A stretch of DNA of 64,000 nucleotides from an uncultured Thermofilaceae archaeon (lineage in GTDB: Archaea; Thermoproteota; Thermoprotei; Thermofilales; Thermofilaceae). Under the pieces are notes generated by a model. The model was not told the origin of the DNA and did not search any database. It worked only from the letters and a program-made list of their open reading frames with translations. Below are positions 8,514 to 18,697 of this stretch, piece after piece. How positions within the stretch are numbered: the stretch's first letter is position 1; the number at the start of each line of letters is the position of its first letter. The DNA is taken from assembly GCA_964553765.1 (NCBI GenBank), contig CAZKLN010000002.1, positions 21,890 to 85,889 on the forward strand, written 5' to 3'. The translations under genes were made by a program, and so were the position numbers.

Positions 8514-9186
8514 CTTTAAATCCTAACTGACCTCTAAGCCTAACGAATATGCAACCACCAAGTTCCTTAATCTTTATCTCATTGTTTACTTTCTCTACAA
8601 GAGTTAGTTGTTGTAAGTAACTTCCAATCGGTATTACAAGCCTACCTCCATTCCTTAACTGATCCACCAAGGTCTTAGGTAGAGAGGGGGCTGCGGCGGT
8701 TACTAATATTTTATCATATTTAATCCTAGTTGGTGATCCCATGCTTCCGTCACAAGCTATCACATCAACCCTAGTGTCATAACCTGTTCTTTTTAAGTTC
8801 TCATGAGCAAATTTAGCAAGCTCTTTATAATACTCGAGAGTTACTACATAACCCTTAATAGGCTTGTCAGTTGGTGACACTATCTCAGCACAGAGGGCTG
8901 CATGGTACCCGCTACCAGTACCTACCTCAAGCACTCTCTCACCTTTTCTCATCTTAAGTGCTTCACACATCATCGCGCACATATGAGGAGCAGATATAGT
9001 CTGTCCCTTAAGTATAGGAAGAGGATTATCACTATATGCAAAACGTCTGTATTCCTGAGGAATAAACTCCTCCCTAGGAACAATCAACATCGCTCTCTCA
9101 ACCTCTGGAGATCTTATAACTCCTTCAGCCTTCAGCTTAACAATTAGCAGCCTACGAGCCTTATCGCTCTCACTCATCCGAACCAA
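8497..9186 (-). CDS. pcm: Protein-L-isoaspartate O-methyltransferase
   Basis: [16 protein letters not shown]...[19 protein letters not shown]...[16 protein letters not shown]. Confidence 0.9.
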   Translation of the reverse strand: MVRMSESDKARRLLIVKLKAEGVIRSPEVERAMLIVPREEFIPQEYRRFAYSDNPLPILKGQTISAPHMCAMMCEALKMRKGERVLEVGTGSGYHAALCAEIVSPTDKPIKGYVVTLEYYKELAKFAHENLKRTGYDTRVDVIACDGSMGSPTRIKYDKILVTAAAPSLPKTLVDQLRNGGRLVIPIGSYLQQLTLVEKVNNEIKIKELGGCIFVRLRGQLGFKDETSL

Positions 9187-10211
9187 GACTCTAGAGTTGT
9201 TTGTTCAAAAAGCTGCCTATACGCCTTAACAGCTCTTTCAAGAGCATGGTTAACTCTTTCAAGCGAAAACTGATGTTCCTCAACTAATAGCTCTCTAATT
9301 TTCTCCTCATTAGGCCTTCTCCATTCCAACATGTACTCATCAGTTACCTTTGGTTTAAGAAAGAGCTTGGTTATCTCCTCTGAGTCTACGCCTAACTCGG
9401 CTTTCACAGCCCTTAAGATGGATCTTATGCTATCCAACTCCTTCACGAGCTTAAGAGCTTTCTTGACACCAACACCTTTAACGCCTTCTGGATTATAGTC
9501 TGTTCCGAGAAGTATCCCTATATAGATTAACTGCTCTCTAGTTATACCATAATGCTTTAACAATTCGTCAAGCACTATAAGCTCTGGTTTTATCTCAATA
9601 TACACGTCCTTTCTCGGGAGCTTTCTTCTTCCAGTTATTGTCAGGTTTCTCACAAGTCTCGGAGTTCCAAATAGAAGCGAGTCGTAGTCCTGACTGGCGG
9701 AGGCCCACGCATCTCCCTTACTAGCTAAATAGGCTGCCTGTGCCTCACCCTCAGAGGGAGCCTGGATCCATGGAACACCTAGATACGTCAGAAGTTTCTT
9801 AGAATCATCGACCATAGCAGAGGTAAGTCTTGAAGTTTGCTGAGCATATATCCTAGCCTCTTCTAAATCCCCCCTCTCTAGAGCCTCTACGTACTTCCTC
9901 TCAGCCTCTCTCTTTATTCTCTCCCTCTTAAGTATCTCAGCCTGCTTTATCTCGGGCGGTTTTCCGTCGAAAATATACACAGGCTTTATTCCAGCTTCAA
10001 GGAAGTTTATAGTTCTGTAAAAAAGCCCGTTTAAATGGCTAGTTACGTTCCCCTGTGCATCCATTAAAGGAGTTCCATCTCTCTGCCTTATAGTCGCTAG
10101 GAACTGATAAAGAGCGTTGTAAGCATCTATAGCTATGACCTTATGTGAGAGATCTTCTAATGAGAGCTCCTTTTTCACAGGGGAGACTAGCTCCCTTATG
10201 TTTACGCCCAT
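9174..10211 (-). CDS. fen: Flap endonuclease 1
   Basis: MGVNIRELV...[13 protein letters not shown]...[11 protein letters not shown]...[12 protein letters not shown]...QDYDSLLFG, with a C-terminal PIP-like ...TLESWFG. Confidence 0.95.
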   Translation of the reverse strand: MGVNIRELVSPVKKELSLEDLSHKVIAIDAYNALYQFLATIRQRDGTPLMDAQGNVTSHLNGLFYRTINFLEAGIKPVYIFDGKPPEIKQAEILKRERIKREAERKYVEALERGDLEEARIYAQQTSRLTSAMVDDSKKLLTYLGVPWIQAPSEGEAQAAYLASKGDAWASASQDYDSLLFGTPRLVRNLTITGRRKLPRKDVYIEIKPELIVLDELLKHYGITREQLIYIGILLGTDYNPEGVKGVGVKKALKLVKELDSIRSILRAVKAELGVDSEEITKLFLKPKVTDEYMLEWRRPNEEKIRELLVEEHQFSLERVNHALERAVKAYRQLFEQTTLESWFG

Positions 10212-10269
10212 GATCTCTACTTAAACTAAAGTGAGATAGAAGCTAATATCTTTCTATTTTAACCTTACT

Positions 10270-10509
10270 CTACTTCTCCTTATTTAAATCCCTGACCAAA
10301 TACACTATTCTGCTACTCTTCTTTATAGACTCGACCCTTATGTACCCTCTTATCTCCAGCATCATCAGTGCTTTTCTGAAACGGCCTTGAGAAATATCCT
10401 CGTTAAATGAGGAAGCAAGTTTTTTTATGTTCTCATAAAGCTCCTTATCTCTCAGAGCTCCTTTCTGTCTAGCTAGCTCAGCTAGTATAAGTACTTCTAA
10501 AGGAAACAT
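10270..10509 (-). CDS. Small winged-helix-like protein, unknown function; 4 nt downstream of cdc48
   Basis: 79 aa. ALMMLEIRGYIRVESIKKSSRIVYLV resembles a wHTH wing. No family recognised. Confidence 0.4.
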   Translation of the reverse strand: MFPLEVLILAELARQKGALRDKELYENIKKLASSFNEDISQGRFRKALMMLEIRGYIRVESIKKSSRIVYLVRDLNKEK

Positions 10510-10513
10510 TAAC

Positions 10514-12718
10514 CTACACGTAAAACCCTACGCTACTTACCCTTCTCTGCATCGCGGTCTTAGATCTCTCAGCCCACATCTGATAGTATTTGATCATATC
10601 CTGTGTTATAGAGGGCTTTATCTTCCTCATAGCCATCTCGAAATGTCTTCTATAGACCTCAGTAGCGTTTATGTCCTCCCTTAACGCCATGAGCCCTGCC
10701 TCCCTTACAAGCACCTCTAGATCTGCCCCAGAATACCCCTCTGTTAGCTCTGCTACTTGCTCCAGGTTTACGTCGTTCGCTAGTGGCATTTTTCTCGTGT
10801 GTACCTTTAGTATCTCAAGCCTTGCCTTCGCGTCTGGCGGCGGGACGAATATCACCCTGTCGAACCTGCCTGGCCTGAGGAGCGCCGGGTCGATGATGTC
10901 AGGCCTGTTAGTAGCGCCTATCACGACAACGCCCTCAAGCCTGGAAACACCATCCAGCTCAGTAAGAAGCTGGCTAACGACCCTTTCAGTGACCATGGAA
11001 TCTCCTATGCCAAGCCCTCTCATTGGAGCTATCGAATCTATCTCGTCTATGAATACGACGCTGGGAGCTACTTGCCTAGCCTTCCTGAAAAGCTCCCTTA
11101 TAGCCTTCTCACTCTCACCAACCCACTTACTAAATATCTCAGGTCCTTTTATGCTGACAAAGTTGGCCTCGCTCTCGGTGGCAACGGCTTTAGCAAGCAG
11201 CGTCTTACCACAGCCAGGTGGGCCGTATAGGAGGATGCCCTTAGGAGCATCTATACCAAGCCTTTTGTATGAGTCTGGATACTTAAGCGGCCACTCCACC
11301 GCCTCCCTGAGCTGCTGCTTAACATCCTCAAGACCCCCGATATCGTCCCAATGAACAGTAGGTACCTCTATCTCTATCTCTCTTAACGCTGTCGGGGTTA
11401 TCTCTCTAAAAGCGTTCATGAAGTCCTCCATCCTTACCTCTAAGCTATCGAGAACCTCTTTAGGTATCTCCTCTTTCTCAAGGTCTATCTTGGGTAGAAT
11501 TCTCCTGAGAGCTTTCATAGCGGCTTCCCTACATAACGCAGCGAGATCAGCTCCTACATATCCATGTGTTATCTCGGCAAGCTTGTGGAGGTCTACGTTC
11601 TTAGCTAATGGCATGTTCCTCGTATGAACTAACAGTATCTCATACCTACCCTTTTTATCTGGAACCCCTATCTCTATTTCCCTGTCGAATCTGCCGGGTC
11701 TTCTCAGGGCAGGGTCAAGTGCGTTAGGCCTGTTTGTGGCTCCTATGACTATAACCTGCCCCCTGCTCTGTAGCCCGTCCATCAGGGCTAGCAGCTGAGC
11801 TACGACCCTCTTCTCAACCTCGCCCGTCACCTCCTCACGCTTAGGCGCGATAGCGTCTATCTCATCAATAAATATTATAGAGGGAGCATGTTCCTTAGCT
11901 TCTTCGAATATCTCCCTTAACCTTTGCTCGCTTTCCCCATAGAACTTGCTCATTATCTCAGGGCCGTTGATAGCAATGAAATATGCCTCAGTCTCGTTAG
12001 CGACGGCTTTAGCGAGCAGCGTCTTACCACAGCCAGGAGGGCCGTGAAGAAGAACGCCCTTAGGCGGGTCGATTCCAAGTTTCTTGAATAGCTCTGGATA
12101 TTTAAGGGGGAGCTCAACCATCTCTCTTATCTTTCTTTTAGCTTCTTCGAGATCACCAATATCCTCGTATGTTACCCTGGGTATACTTCCGGCTTCAACA
12201 GGTTTTTCAAGAATGACGAGATGAGTTGAGTCAGTGACTATAACAGGGTCGTTAGGTTTCACAGAGATCACGGTGAAGGGTATAGTCTGGCCTAAAACAG
12301 GTACTTGAACCACATCACCCTCCATTAAGGGTCTGTCAAGAAGCCTCTTCTTGACATAAGCCACGAAGTTCTCATCTACTGTAAGAGTCATAGATGTAGG
12401 CGCTAACCTGACGATAAGAGCAGGTCTTACCTTAGCTTTCTTAACCTTAACCTTTTCACCTATGCTTACACCTGCATTTTTCCTAGTCCATCCATCCATC
12501 CTTATTACGTTCGCTCCTCTATCCTCAGCATAACCTGGCCAGGCTATGGCAACAGTCTTCCTTCTTCCCTCTACTATAACTACGTCACCTGCCGTTATCC
12601 CAAGTCTCTCCATTACGTTCTCATCTATTCTAACCCGGCCTCTACCAGCCTCGTTCTGCCTAACCTCGAGTACCTTAAGCTCTATTTCGGTCTCTTCCCC
12701 GTTTTTACCACGAGCCAA
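10514..12718 (-). CDS. cdc48: Cdc48/VCP-like AAA+ ATPase (two AAA domains plus an N-domain)
   Basis: Two Walker A motifs ([15 protein letters not shown], twice), two DEID Walker B motifs, and an N-terminal double-psi barrel ([20 protein letters not shown]). Confidence 0.95.
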   Translation of the reverse strand: MARGKNGEETEIELKVLEVRQNEAGRGRVRIDENVMERLGITAGDVVIVEGRRKTVAIAWPGYAEDRGANVIRMDGWTRKNAGVSIGEKVKVKKAKVRPALIVRLAPTSMTLTVDENFVAYVKKRLLDRPLMEGDVVQVPVLGQTIPFTVISVKPNDPVIVTDSTHLVILEKPVEAGSIPRVTYEDIGDLEEAKRKIREMVELPLKYPELFKKLGIDPPKGVLLHGPPGCGKTLLAKAVANETEAYFIAINGPEIMSKFYGESEQRLREIFEEAKEHAPSIIFIDEIDAIAPKREEVTGEVEKRVVAQLLALMDGLQSRGQVIVIGATNRPNALDPALRRPGRFDREIEIGVPDKKGRYEILLVHTRNMPLAKNVDLHKLAEITHGYVGADLAALCREAAMKALRRILPKIDLEKEEIPKEVLDSLEVRMEDFMNAFREITPTALREIEIEVPTVHWDDIGGLEDVKQQLREAVEWPLKYPDSYKRLGIDAPKGILLYGPPGCGKTLLAKAVATESEANFVSIKGPEIFSKWVGESEKAIRELFRKARQVAPSVVFIDEIDSIAPMRGLGIGDSMVTERVVSQLLTELDGVSRLEGVVVIGATNRPDIIDPALLRPGRFDRVIFVPPPDAKARLEILKVHTRKMPLANDVNLEQVAELTEGYSGADLEVLVREAGLMALREDINATEVYRRHFEMAMRKIKPSITQDMIKYYQMWAERSKTAMQRRVSSVGFYV

Positions 12719-12819
12719 GCTTTAAATCACCCAGAAGCAGTGAAAAACCTCCTGATGAAAGTAGTGTGAAGGTCTATTTATATTTATAATCCTATTCTTG
12801 ATTCTCTAATTGAACAGCA

Positions 12820-13536
12820 TTACTTTATTAAAAATTTATTAATTATTTTTTTCAATTCTCTACCATTATCAAGCATGTCATGGTCATTGTTAAAGAATAC
12901 ATAAGCAATATCAGGATTCACCTTTATTATCTTTTTTGCAACCTCTTCAAGTTCCTCTGTGAGGTATCTGTAGTTATACCATATCAGTCTTCCATGCATC
13001 CTAACGTAAACTTTACCTGAAACACATATTATCCCTAAATCAGGAAGACCTTCGAATAGAGGAGAATCTGGGGTGACAAACACTATTCCTTCTTCCCGAA
13101 ACCTAGATACCACATTCTCACTAAACCAGCTTTCATGTCTAGGCTCTATAGCCATCTTATCCCTTACTTCTCCCTTAACAGCAAACCTGACCACCTTATC
13201 CCACGTCCTCTCATTAAAAATTAAACTAGGAGGTAGTTGAAACAAGTACAGGTGAATGCTTTCTTCAAGAGGGCTAAACCTCCTTCTAAATTTGCTCCAA
13301 GTATTAAGAACTCGTTCAGACAACTTACCGTAATGAGTTATTGCTCTATGAACCTTTACCACCCATGCAAGCCCCTTACCTTCCTTAAACCACCTCTCTA
13401 CCTGCTTCTCTCTAGGAAAACTGTAGAAACTCATGTTAAGCTCAACAGAGTTAAAACCCGAGTTTGCAACATACCACTTTAATCCATTAGGATTCCATGA
13501 GTAACTCCATCCAGATGTACCTATATACACTTTCAT
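12820..13536 (-). CDS. DUF72 (UPF0759) family protein
   Basis: MKVYIGTSGWSYSWNP...NSVELNMSFYSFP...WVVKVHRAITH...LFQLPPS is typical of DUF72. Confidence 0.75.
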   Translation of the reverse strand: MKVYIGTSGWSYSWNPNGLKWYVANSGFNSVELNMSFYSFPREKQVERWFKEGKGLAWVVKVHRAITHYGKLSERVLNTWSKFRRRFSPLEESIHLYLFQLPPSLIFNERTWDKVVRFAVKGEVRDKMAIEPRHESWFSENVVSRFREEGIVFVTPDSPLFEGLPDLGIICVSGKVYVRMHGRLIWYNYRYLTEELEEVAKKIIKVNPDIAYVFFNNDHDMLDNGRELKKIINKFLIK

Positions 13537-13551
13537 GGTCTTTCATCTCCT

Positions 13552-13833
13552 CTAAAGATATCCTATCTCCTTTAGGAAAGTCTTTAAAGCTTTTACTAAA
13601 GGTATCTCATTCTTAAGCCTGTATAGTTTTGGGTCATCACTTAATATCTCAACTATTCCAAGCTTAACAAGCCTCTCGAGGATTGTCTCAGAGTCATACA
13701 CTAGAGCCTCCTTCTCAATCTTGTATTTAGTAAATGATTTATTAGGATTAACTATAAAAAGTCTCAAAATCCTGAGAGTCTTTTTACAGCCCTTAAAAAG
13801 CTCTTCTACGAGAGCTTCTTCCCTACTCAACAT
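13552..13833 (-). CDS. Small wHTH transcription-regulator-like protein
   Basis: 93 aa. TLRILRLFIVNPNKSFTKYKIEKEALV...ILERLVKLGIVEI is ArsR/wHTH-like. Confidence 0.45.
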   Translation of the reverse strand: MLSREEALVEELFKGCKKTLRILRLFIVNPNKSFTKYKIEKEALVYDSETILERLVKLGIVEILSDDPKLYRLKNEIPLVKALKTFLKEIGYL

Positions 13834-13874
13834 TACTTTTTCATTTTATTCTTTGATAAAGTGGTTGATAAAAA

Positions 13875-13949
13875 TGGTGGACCGGGCGGGACTTGAACCC
13901 GCGACCTCCCGCGTGCGAGGCGGGCGCTCTCCCACTGAGCTACCGGCCC
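13875..13949 (-). tRNA. tRNA-Ala (anticodon CGC), CCA encoded, G3:U70 present
   Basis: Reverse complement folds as GGGCCGG/TA/GCTC-AGTGGGA-GAGC/G/CCCGC-CTCGCAC-GCGGG/AGGTC/GCGGG-TTCAAGT-CCCGC/CCGGTCC/A/CCA. Confidence 0.95.
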
Positions 13950-14078
13950 TCTTCAAATCTTATTTCTATAATGAGGATATATAATTAACCTAGGATCACT
14001 CCTTAATTCATATTTAGAAAAGTAGACCGGATAAGGTTAAAAATCTGTAACTTAATTCATACAGGGGTTTAGAAACTC

Positions 14079-15026
14079 ATGGAGTATCGTATCTTAGGTA
14101 AATCGGATATCAAAATATCCGCTATAGGCTTAGGAACATGGCAGTTTAGCGAGGCATGGGGTGTTACTGAGTATGAGCGTGCAAAAGAGATCGTTGCCAA
14201 GGCATTAGAACTTGATGTTAATTTCTTCGACACTGCAGCTGTATATGGTAGAGGAAAAAGCGAGGAATTTCTTGGAAGAGCTTTAAAGGAGCTAAACGCT
14301 AGAGACGACGTATATATAGCCACTAAGTTGCCTGGAGACTTCTTAAGTAGAGACGATGTTTTTCGTGCTACCGATAAATGCTTAAAGAGACTCGGAGTTG
14401 ACACCATAGATCTTATGCAGGTACACTGGCCCCCTGCCTGGCACAATTTTCCTACATGTGAATATATGAGGGCTCTTGAAAGACTGGTGAACCTAGGTAA
14501 AATAAGGTATATAGGATTGAGTAATTTTGCACCAGAACTTATAGAGTCTGCGAGAGAGTGTCTTTCATCCACTGACATAGTTAGTCTTCAAATAAGATAT
14601 AACCTAGTCGAGCGAGATGCTGAGAAAGAGTTAATACCTTACGCGGAGAAAAATAAGATGACAATACTTGCTTGGAGCCCCTTAGCTAAAGGTGCCGTAA
14701 CAGGTAAGTATACACCTGAGAACTTACCTAAATTTACGGATGTAAGATCCGAGGATCCGCTTTTTTCACCAGAGAACTTTAATCAAGTATATGAGTTAGT
14801 AAAGGTGTTAGAAAAGATCGCTAAAAAATATAATAAAACACCTGCACAGGTAGCTCTTAATTGGCTTTTAATGAGCAGTCCTGTAGTGGTTCCTATACCT
14901 GGAGCTAAGAATCCCAATCAAGTGCTTAGTAATGCAGAGGCTGCAAATTGGAGAATGAGTTATGAAGATTGGAGAGAAATAGATGAAATAAGTAGATCTT
15001 TAAGAATTACTAGAGTAATTTGGTAA
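14079..15026 (+). CDS. Aldo/keto reductase family oxidoreductase
   Basis: GLGTWQF...NFFDTAAVYGRGKSEE...DLMQVHWP...YIGLSNF...LQIRYNL...PIPGAKN. Confidence 0.9.
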   Translation: MEYRILGKSDIKISAIGLGTWQFSEAWGVTEYERAKEIVAKALELDVNFFDTAAVYGRGKSEEFLGRALKELNARDDVYIATKLPGDFLSRDDVFRATDKCLKRLGVDTIDLMQVHWPPAWHNFPTCEYMRALERLVNLGKIRYIGLSNFAPELIESARECLSSTDIVSLQIRYNLVERDAEKELIPYAEKNKMTILAWSPLAKGAVTGKYTPENLPKFTDVRSEDPLFSPENFNQVYELVKVLEKIAKKYNKTPAQVALNWLLMSSPVVVPIPGAKNPNQVLSNAEAANWRMSYEDWREIDEISRSLRITRVIW

Positions 15027-15050
15027 TTAACTAAACTTTTTTATTTGTAT

Positions 15051-16241
15051 TTACTTTTTAACTAATAGTGATATGAAAAAGCCTGGAGTATGATGTATAT
15101 CGGGTTCAAATCTCTGAAATACGTATCCTTCTAAAGATCCTACATTAAAACCTGGGGATCCGAAAAACACTTTCTGGCTTACGGGTTTTAGTTTACAAAA
15201 CTTATAAGCCCACCATATGTTTAGCTCATTTTCCTCTAATGTCATCGTACACGTTGAGTATAATATTAGTCCCTCCTTCTTAACTATTCTTGAAGCTACT
15301 CTTAAAAACTGCCCTTGATACCGTGAAAGAGAATGAACGTCTCTCAGATCCCTTTCATAGGAGAGTTTAGGTCTTACCCCTAACGAGCTGCATGGAGGAT
15401 CTAAAATGACCGCATCAGCTTCATTAAAAACGTCCTCTAAGTCTAAATACCTCGAATCCCGTACGAAGGTTTTAATAGACTTTGTGCCGAGTCTCTCAAT
15501 ATTCTCTCTTATTTTATTAATCTTAGACTCTGATCTATCTACCGCAAGTACCTCACCTTTATCTCTTGTAAGTTGAGCGACGTGAGTTGCTTTTCCTCCC
15601 GGAGATGCGCACATATCCACGATCTTCCATCCTTCCTTAGGAGCGAGTACGTGTGAAGCTGTAATTGAAGGAAGTGATTGATCATATATTAATCCCTCCC
15701 TGTATGCCTTAAGCTCCCTAACACTGGGTACCTTATATATGGATTTAACTGTTCTTACAGCAAGACCTTTATGAGAGTAAAGTATCTCATCCCAATCCAT
15801 CTCAGCGATTCCTTCTCCTACTGGGCGATTATATGGATCCACTATGGTTACTCTATCACCAGCCTTCACCTTATCGGCCCTTTCGACTCCAGGAGCGTAA
15901 AGATTAGCACCCATGTAAACTGATTCAGCGGCATCTTTCTTAGCTACGACCTTCTTGTTTAACATTTTAACCTCAAATGGTCCCTCTACTTTAAGATAGA
16001 TTACGTCAGTTAAATTAGGATAAACATAGGCTTCCACTCCCTCCTCAGCCAGCTTCTCTAAAACATCCTCTCTACAGGCTTTAAGCGTATTAACTCTTAG
16101 GAAATATTTATCTCCAGGAGACTTAAGAGAATGCAATATGTTTCTTGCTCTGAAGAAACCATAAAGCTCTATGAGCTTAACTACCGAATCGTAGGAAAAC
16201 ATTAGTTTATTTGAGACCAAGGATATCCATGATTTTACCAC
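15051..16241 (-). CDS. NOL1/NOP2/Sun-family RNA (cytosine-C5) methyltransferase with a PUA domain
   Basis: DMCASPGGKATH, ILDPPCSSLG and YSTCT motifs. The central PUA-like segment is KAGDRVTIVDPYNRPVGEGIA. Confidence 0.85.
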   Translation of the reverse strand: MVKSWISLVSNKLMFSYDSVVKLIELYGFFRARNILHSLKSPGDKYFLRVNTLKACREDVLEKLAEEGVEAYVYPNLTDVIYLKVEGPFEVKMLNKKVVAKKDAAESVYMGANLYAPGVERADKVKAGDRVTIVDPYNRPVGEGIAEMDWDEILYSHKGLAVRTVKSIYKVPSVRELKAYREGLIYDQSLPSITASHVLAPKEGWKIVDMCASPGGKATHVAQLTRDKGEVLAVDRSESKINKIRENIERLGTKSIKTFVRDSRYLDLEDVFNEADAVILDPPCSSLGVRPKLSYERDLRDVHSLSRYQGQFLRVASRIVKKEGLILYSTCTMTLEENELNIWWAYKFCKLKPVSQKVFFGSPGFNVGSLEGYVFQRFEPDIHHTPGFFISLLVKK

Positions 16242-16319
16242 TGAACTAACCCTAACCTAAAACCCTTATTAGGATCCTTTTAAAATAATTATCCTGGAGT
16301 AGACGGAACAGAGTAGAGC

Positions 16320-16715
16320 TTGACCTGTCTAACATATGGTGTTTGGGATTTGACTGAAACCGTGTCGGAAATTGTTGAAAAAGAGATACTTGACATTGTT
16401 AAGAACGCTGGAGACAAGGGTATTCTACAAAGAGAGATCTGGGGTAAAATTAAAATAGACAGTAGAAGAGGCATAAAAATCATAAAGCGTTTAGAGAAAA
16501 GGGGACTTTTAACTAGAGAAGAATACATGTATAAAGGAAGGAAAACATACTTACTGAAACCGACCTCCAAGGCTTTTAAGAAAGTCCGTCTCTCCGAGTT
16601 CCTTGAAGACATACCTTGTTTCTTTTGCCCCTATCTCTACAAGTGTGGAAGCGGAGAATTTCACCCAGCTCACTGTAAGCTTCTTGATAAATGGCTATAT
16701 AAGGAGGGGAGGTAA
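16320..16715 (+). CDS. wHTH protein with a C-terminal four-Cys motif (possible RPC34-like protein); start uncertain
   Basis: The wHTH segment is ILDIVKNAGDKGILQREIWGKIKIDSRRGIKIIKRLEKRGLL. The C-terminus CFFCPYLYKCGSGEFHPAHC gives CxxC-x5-C-x10-C. Its stop directly abuts the TTG start of thpR. Confidence 0.4.
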   Translation: MTCLTYGVWDLTETVSEIVEKEILDIVKNAGDKGILQREIWGKIKIDSRRGIKIIKRLEKRGLLTREEYMYKGRKTYLLKPTSKAFKKVRLSEFLEDIPCFFCPYLYKCGSGEFHPAHCKLLDKWLYKEGR

Positions 16716-17282
16716 TTGTTAGAGAGAGTTAGATGTTTTATATCTGTAGATATAGAAGAGAGTGATATTGTAAATAAGATAGTGAGAATACAAAAAGAGT
16801 TAAAAAATACAGGTACACGCCTTAAAGCAGTGGAGCCCGAAAATCTCCATATAACTCTTAGGTTTATAGGTGAGATTCCTACATCTATTGTAGAATCCAT
16901 AAAGGATAGGTTATCTACTTTAGAATTTAGTAGCTTTACGTTAAGTTTTTCAGGAGTTGGAGCATTTCCTGGAATTGAAAGACCTAGAGTCATCTGGGTA
17001 GGGGTAAGTGAGGGAAAAGAGGAGCTAATAGAACTGAGTAAAAAGGTTAATAAGCTTTTATCCTCTTTAAAGATACCTAAGGAAAATAAGGAGTTTATCC
17101 CTCATCTAACTATAGCCAGGGTGAAAAGTTATCCTTCTCCTCGACTCTCCGAAATAATCAAAGAGCTTATGAATGTTTTTATTGGAAGTATGAGAGTTAA
17201 CGATGTTAGGCTTAAGAAAAGTACGTTGACCTCAAAGGGACCAATATATGATACGTTATTTAGGGTTGAAGCTAGAAAGTAG
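16716..17282 (+). CDS. thpR: RNA 2',3'-cyclic phosphodiesterase (2H family, ThpR/LigT)
   Basis: Two HxT motifs, HITLRFIG and HLTIARV, in a protein of about 188 aa. Confidence 0.9.
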   Translation: MLERVRCFISVDIEESDIVNKIVRIQKELKNTGTRLKAVEPENLHITLRFIGEIPTSIVESIKDRLSTLEFSSFTLSFSGVGAFPGIERPRVIWVGVSEGKEELIELSKKVNKLLSSLKIPKENKEFIPHLTIARVKSYPSPRLSEIIKELMNVFIGSMRVNDVRLKKSTLTSKGPIYDTLFRVEARK

Positions 17283-17287
17283 AACAT

Positions 17288-18697
17288 GTGGAGTTTGATA
17301 GGGTAGTTGAAGAAGTATTAAAAAGAGTTAAGCCTTCAGAGAGGGAGAGAAAGGAAGTTAACGAAATATCTGTTTTTATCCTAGACATCCTTAAAAAGTT
17401 AGTAAAAAAACACGAGCTTGAAGAAAAGGTTAGAGTAGAGATCGAAGGATCATTTGCTAAAGATACCTGGCTTTCAGAGGATGTTGACCTGGATATATTT
17501 CTCTTATTTAATATTTCATTTCCTTTGGATCTCCTAAGAAAATATGGATTAATGTTAGGTGAGGAGCTGGCAGAAAAACTAGGTGTAAATCCCGTCAGGA
17601 GATATGCGTCTCATCCTTATATAGAGCTTAACTATGGTAAAGTAAAGATCGACATCGTTCCAGCTTATGATGTACCTAGCTCTAAAGATGTTAGAACGCC
17701 TGTTGACAGAACACCTTTTCACACTAGGTACATAAGAAATGTAATAAGTAAAAGGCCGGAACTAAAAGATGAAATAAGACTATTGAAGAGATTTACTAAG
17801 GGAATAGGGATATATGGGGCTGAAATAAAGACTGAAGGGTTCTCAGGTTATTTAATTGAGATACTTGTTACTTACTACGGGTCCTTTAAAGATACTATAG
17901 TAGCTGCTTCAACCTGGAAACCATGGAGAATAGTGATAGACTTAGAAGGATATTACGAGAATAAGGAGATAGATGTCTTTAAAATGTTCAGAGCTCCTCT
18001 TATAGTCATAGATCCAATAGATGAAAAAAGAAATGCCGCATCAGCAGTCAGCTTAGAGAAACTTTCCTTATTCGTACTTGCTTGTAAGGAGTTTTTAAAA
18101 ACACCCTCGATATCCTTTTTCTACCCTCACTCCCCATCAATAGACATCGAGAAAATTAAGAGAGAGCTTTATGAACAGAATGTTATAGCTATAAAGACAT
18201 TGATACCTTCTCTCCCTGAGGATGTTCTATGGGGACAGGTTAAGAGAAGCCTTCAAGGGATCACTGACTTACTTCATAGATATGGATTTAGAGTATTTGA
18301 TACGTCTGCATGGACTAAAGGTAACATTCTAGTCATGTTATTTAAATTAAAGTACCTAGAGAGGTCGAAGATTGAGGAGCACAAAGGTCCCCCTATATAC
18401 TTAGACAACTCCCTTACCTTTATATCCTTGAATGAGAAAAGGAGCGATGTGATATCAGGTCCTTACGTTAAAGGTGATAGATTAGTAGTATTAAGGAGGG
18501 TAAAATATAGTAAAGCAGAGGATGTTATAAAGGAAAAACTCAACGAAGCTAAGCTTGGTAAGTTAATCAGTAAGTATCTTAAAGAGAATATAGATGTACT
18601 TAAAGGAGCAAATATAGTTGATATATCTCCTGAAAAAGAGTATCTCCAATATCTTTATAGGTGGCTTACTAGGAGGCTGCCATGGAGGTCTCATTAA
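17288..18697 (+). CDS. cca: CCA-adding tRNA nucleotidyltransferase, archaeal class I
   Basis: EGSFAKDTWLSEDVDLDIFLLF (GS...DxD), RTPFHTRY and GFSGYLIEIL. Confidence 0.9.
   Translation: MEFDRVVEEVLKRVKPSERERKEVNEISVFILDILKKLVKKHELEEKVRVEIEGSFAKDTWLSEDVDLDIFLLFNISFPLDLLRKYGLMLGEELAEKLGVNPVRRYASHPYIELNYGKVKIDIVPAYDVPSSKDVRTPVDRTPFHTRYIRNVISKRPELKDEIRLLKRFTKGIGIYGAEIKTEGFSGYLIEILVTYYGSFKDTIVAASTWKPWRIVIDLEGYYENKEIDVFKMFRAPLIVIDPIDEKRNAASAVSLEKLSLFVLACKEFLKTPSISFFYPHSPSIDIEKIKRELYEQNVIAIKTLIPSLPEDVLWGQVKRSLQGITDLLHRYGFRVFDTSAWTKGNILVMLFKLKYLERSKIEEHKGPPIYLDNSLTFISLNEKRSDVISGPYVKGDRLVVLRRVKYSKAEDVIKEKLNEAKLGKLISKYLKENIDVLKGANIVDISPEKEYLQYLYRWLTRRLPWRSH

Noticed and set aside
10671-11354. 227-aa plus-strand ORF (also 11418..11627) inside the cdc48 region
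   Set aside because: It is antisense to a very well-supported Cdc48 gene. The translation is Ser/Leu/Thr/Pro low complexity, typical of the reverse frame of a GC-richer gene, and no motifs are present.
13721-13984. 87-aa plus-strand ORF
   Set aside because: It runs antisense through a wHTH gene and straight across tRNA-Ala (13875-13949). It is not credible as coding.
14069-14578. 169-aa minus-strand ORF overlapping the aldo/keto reductase gene
   Set aside because: Antisense shadow ORF with a Ser/Leu-rich translation and no motifs. The plus-strand AKR assignment is strong.
16289-16993. Two 107-aa minus-strand ORFs (16289..16612, 16670..16993)
   Set aside because: They are antisense to the wHTH/4-Cys gene and thpR, which carry recognisable motifs. 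The translations are low complexity.
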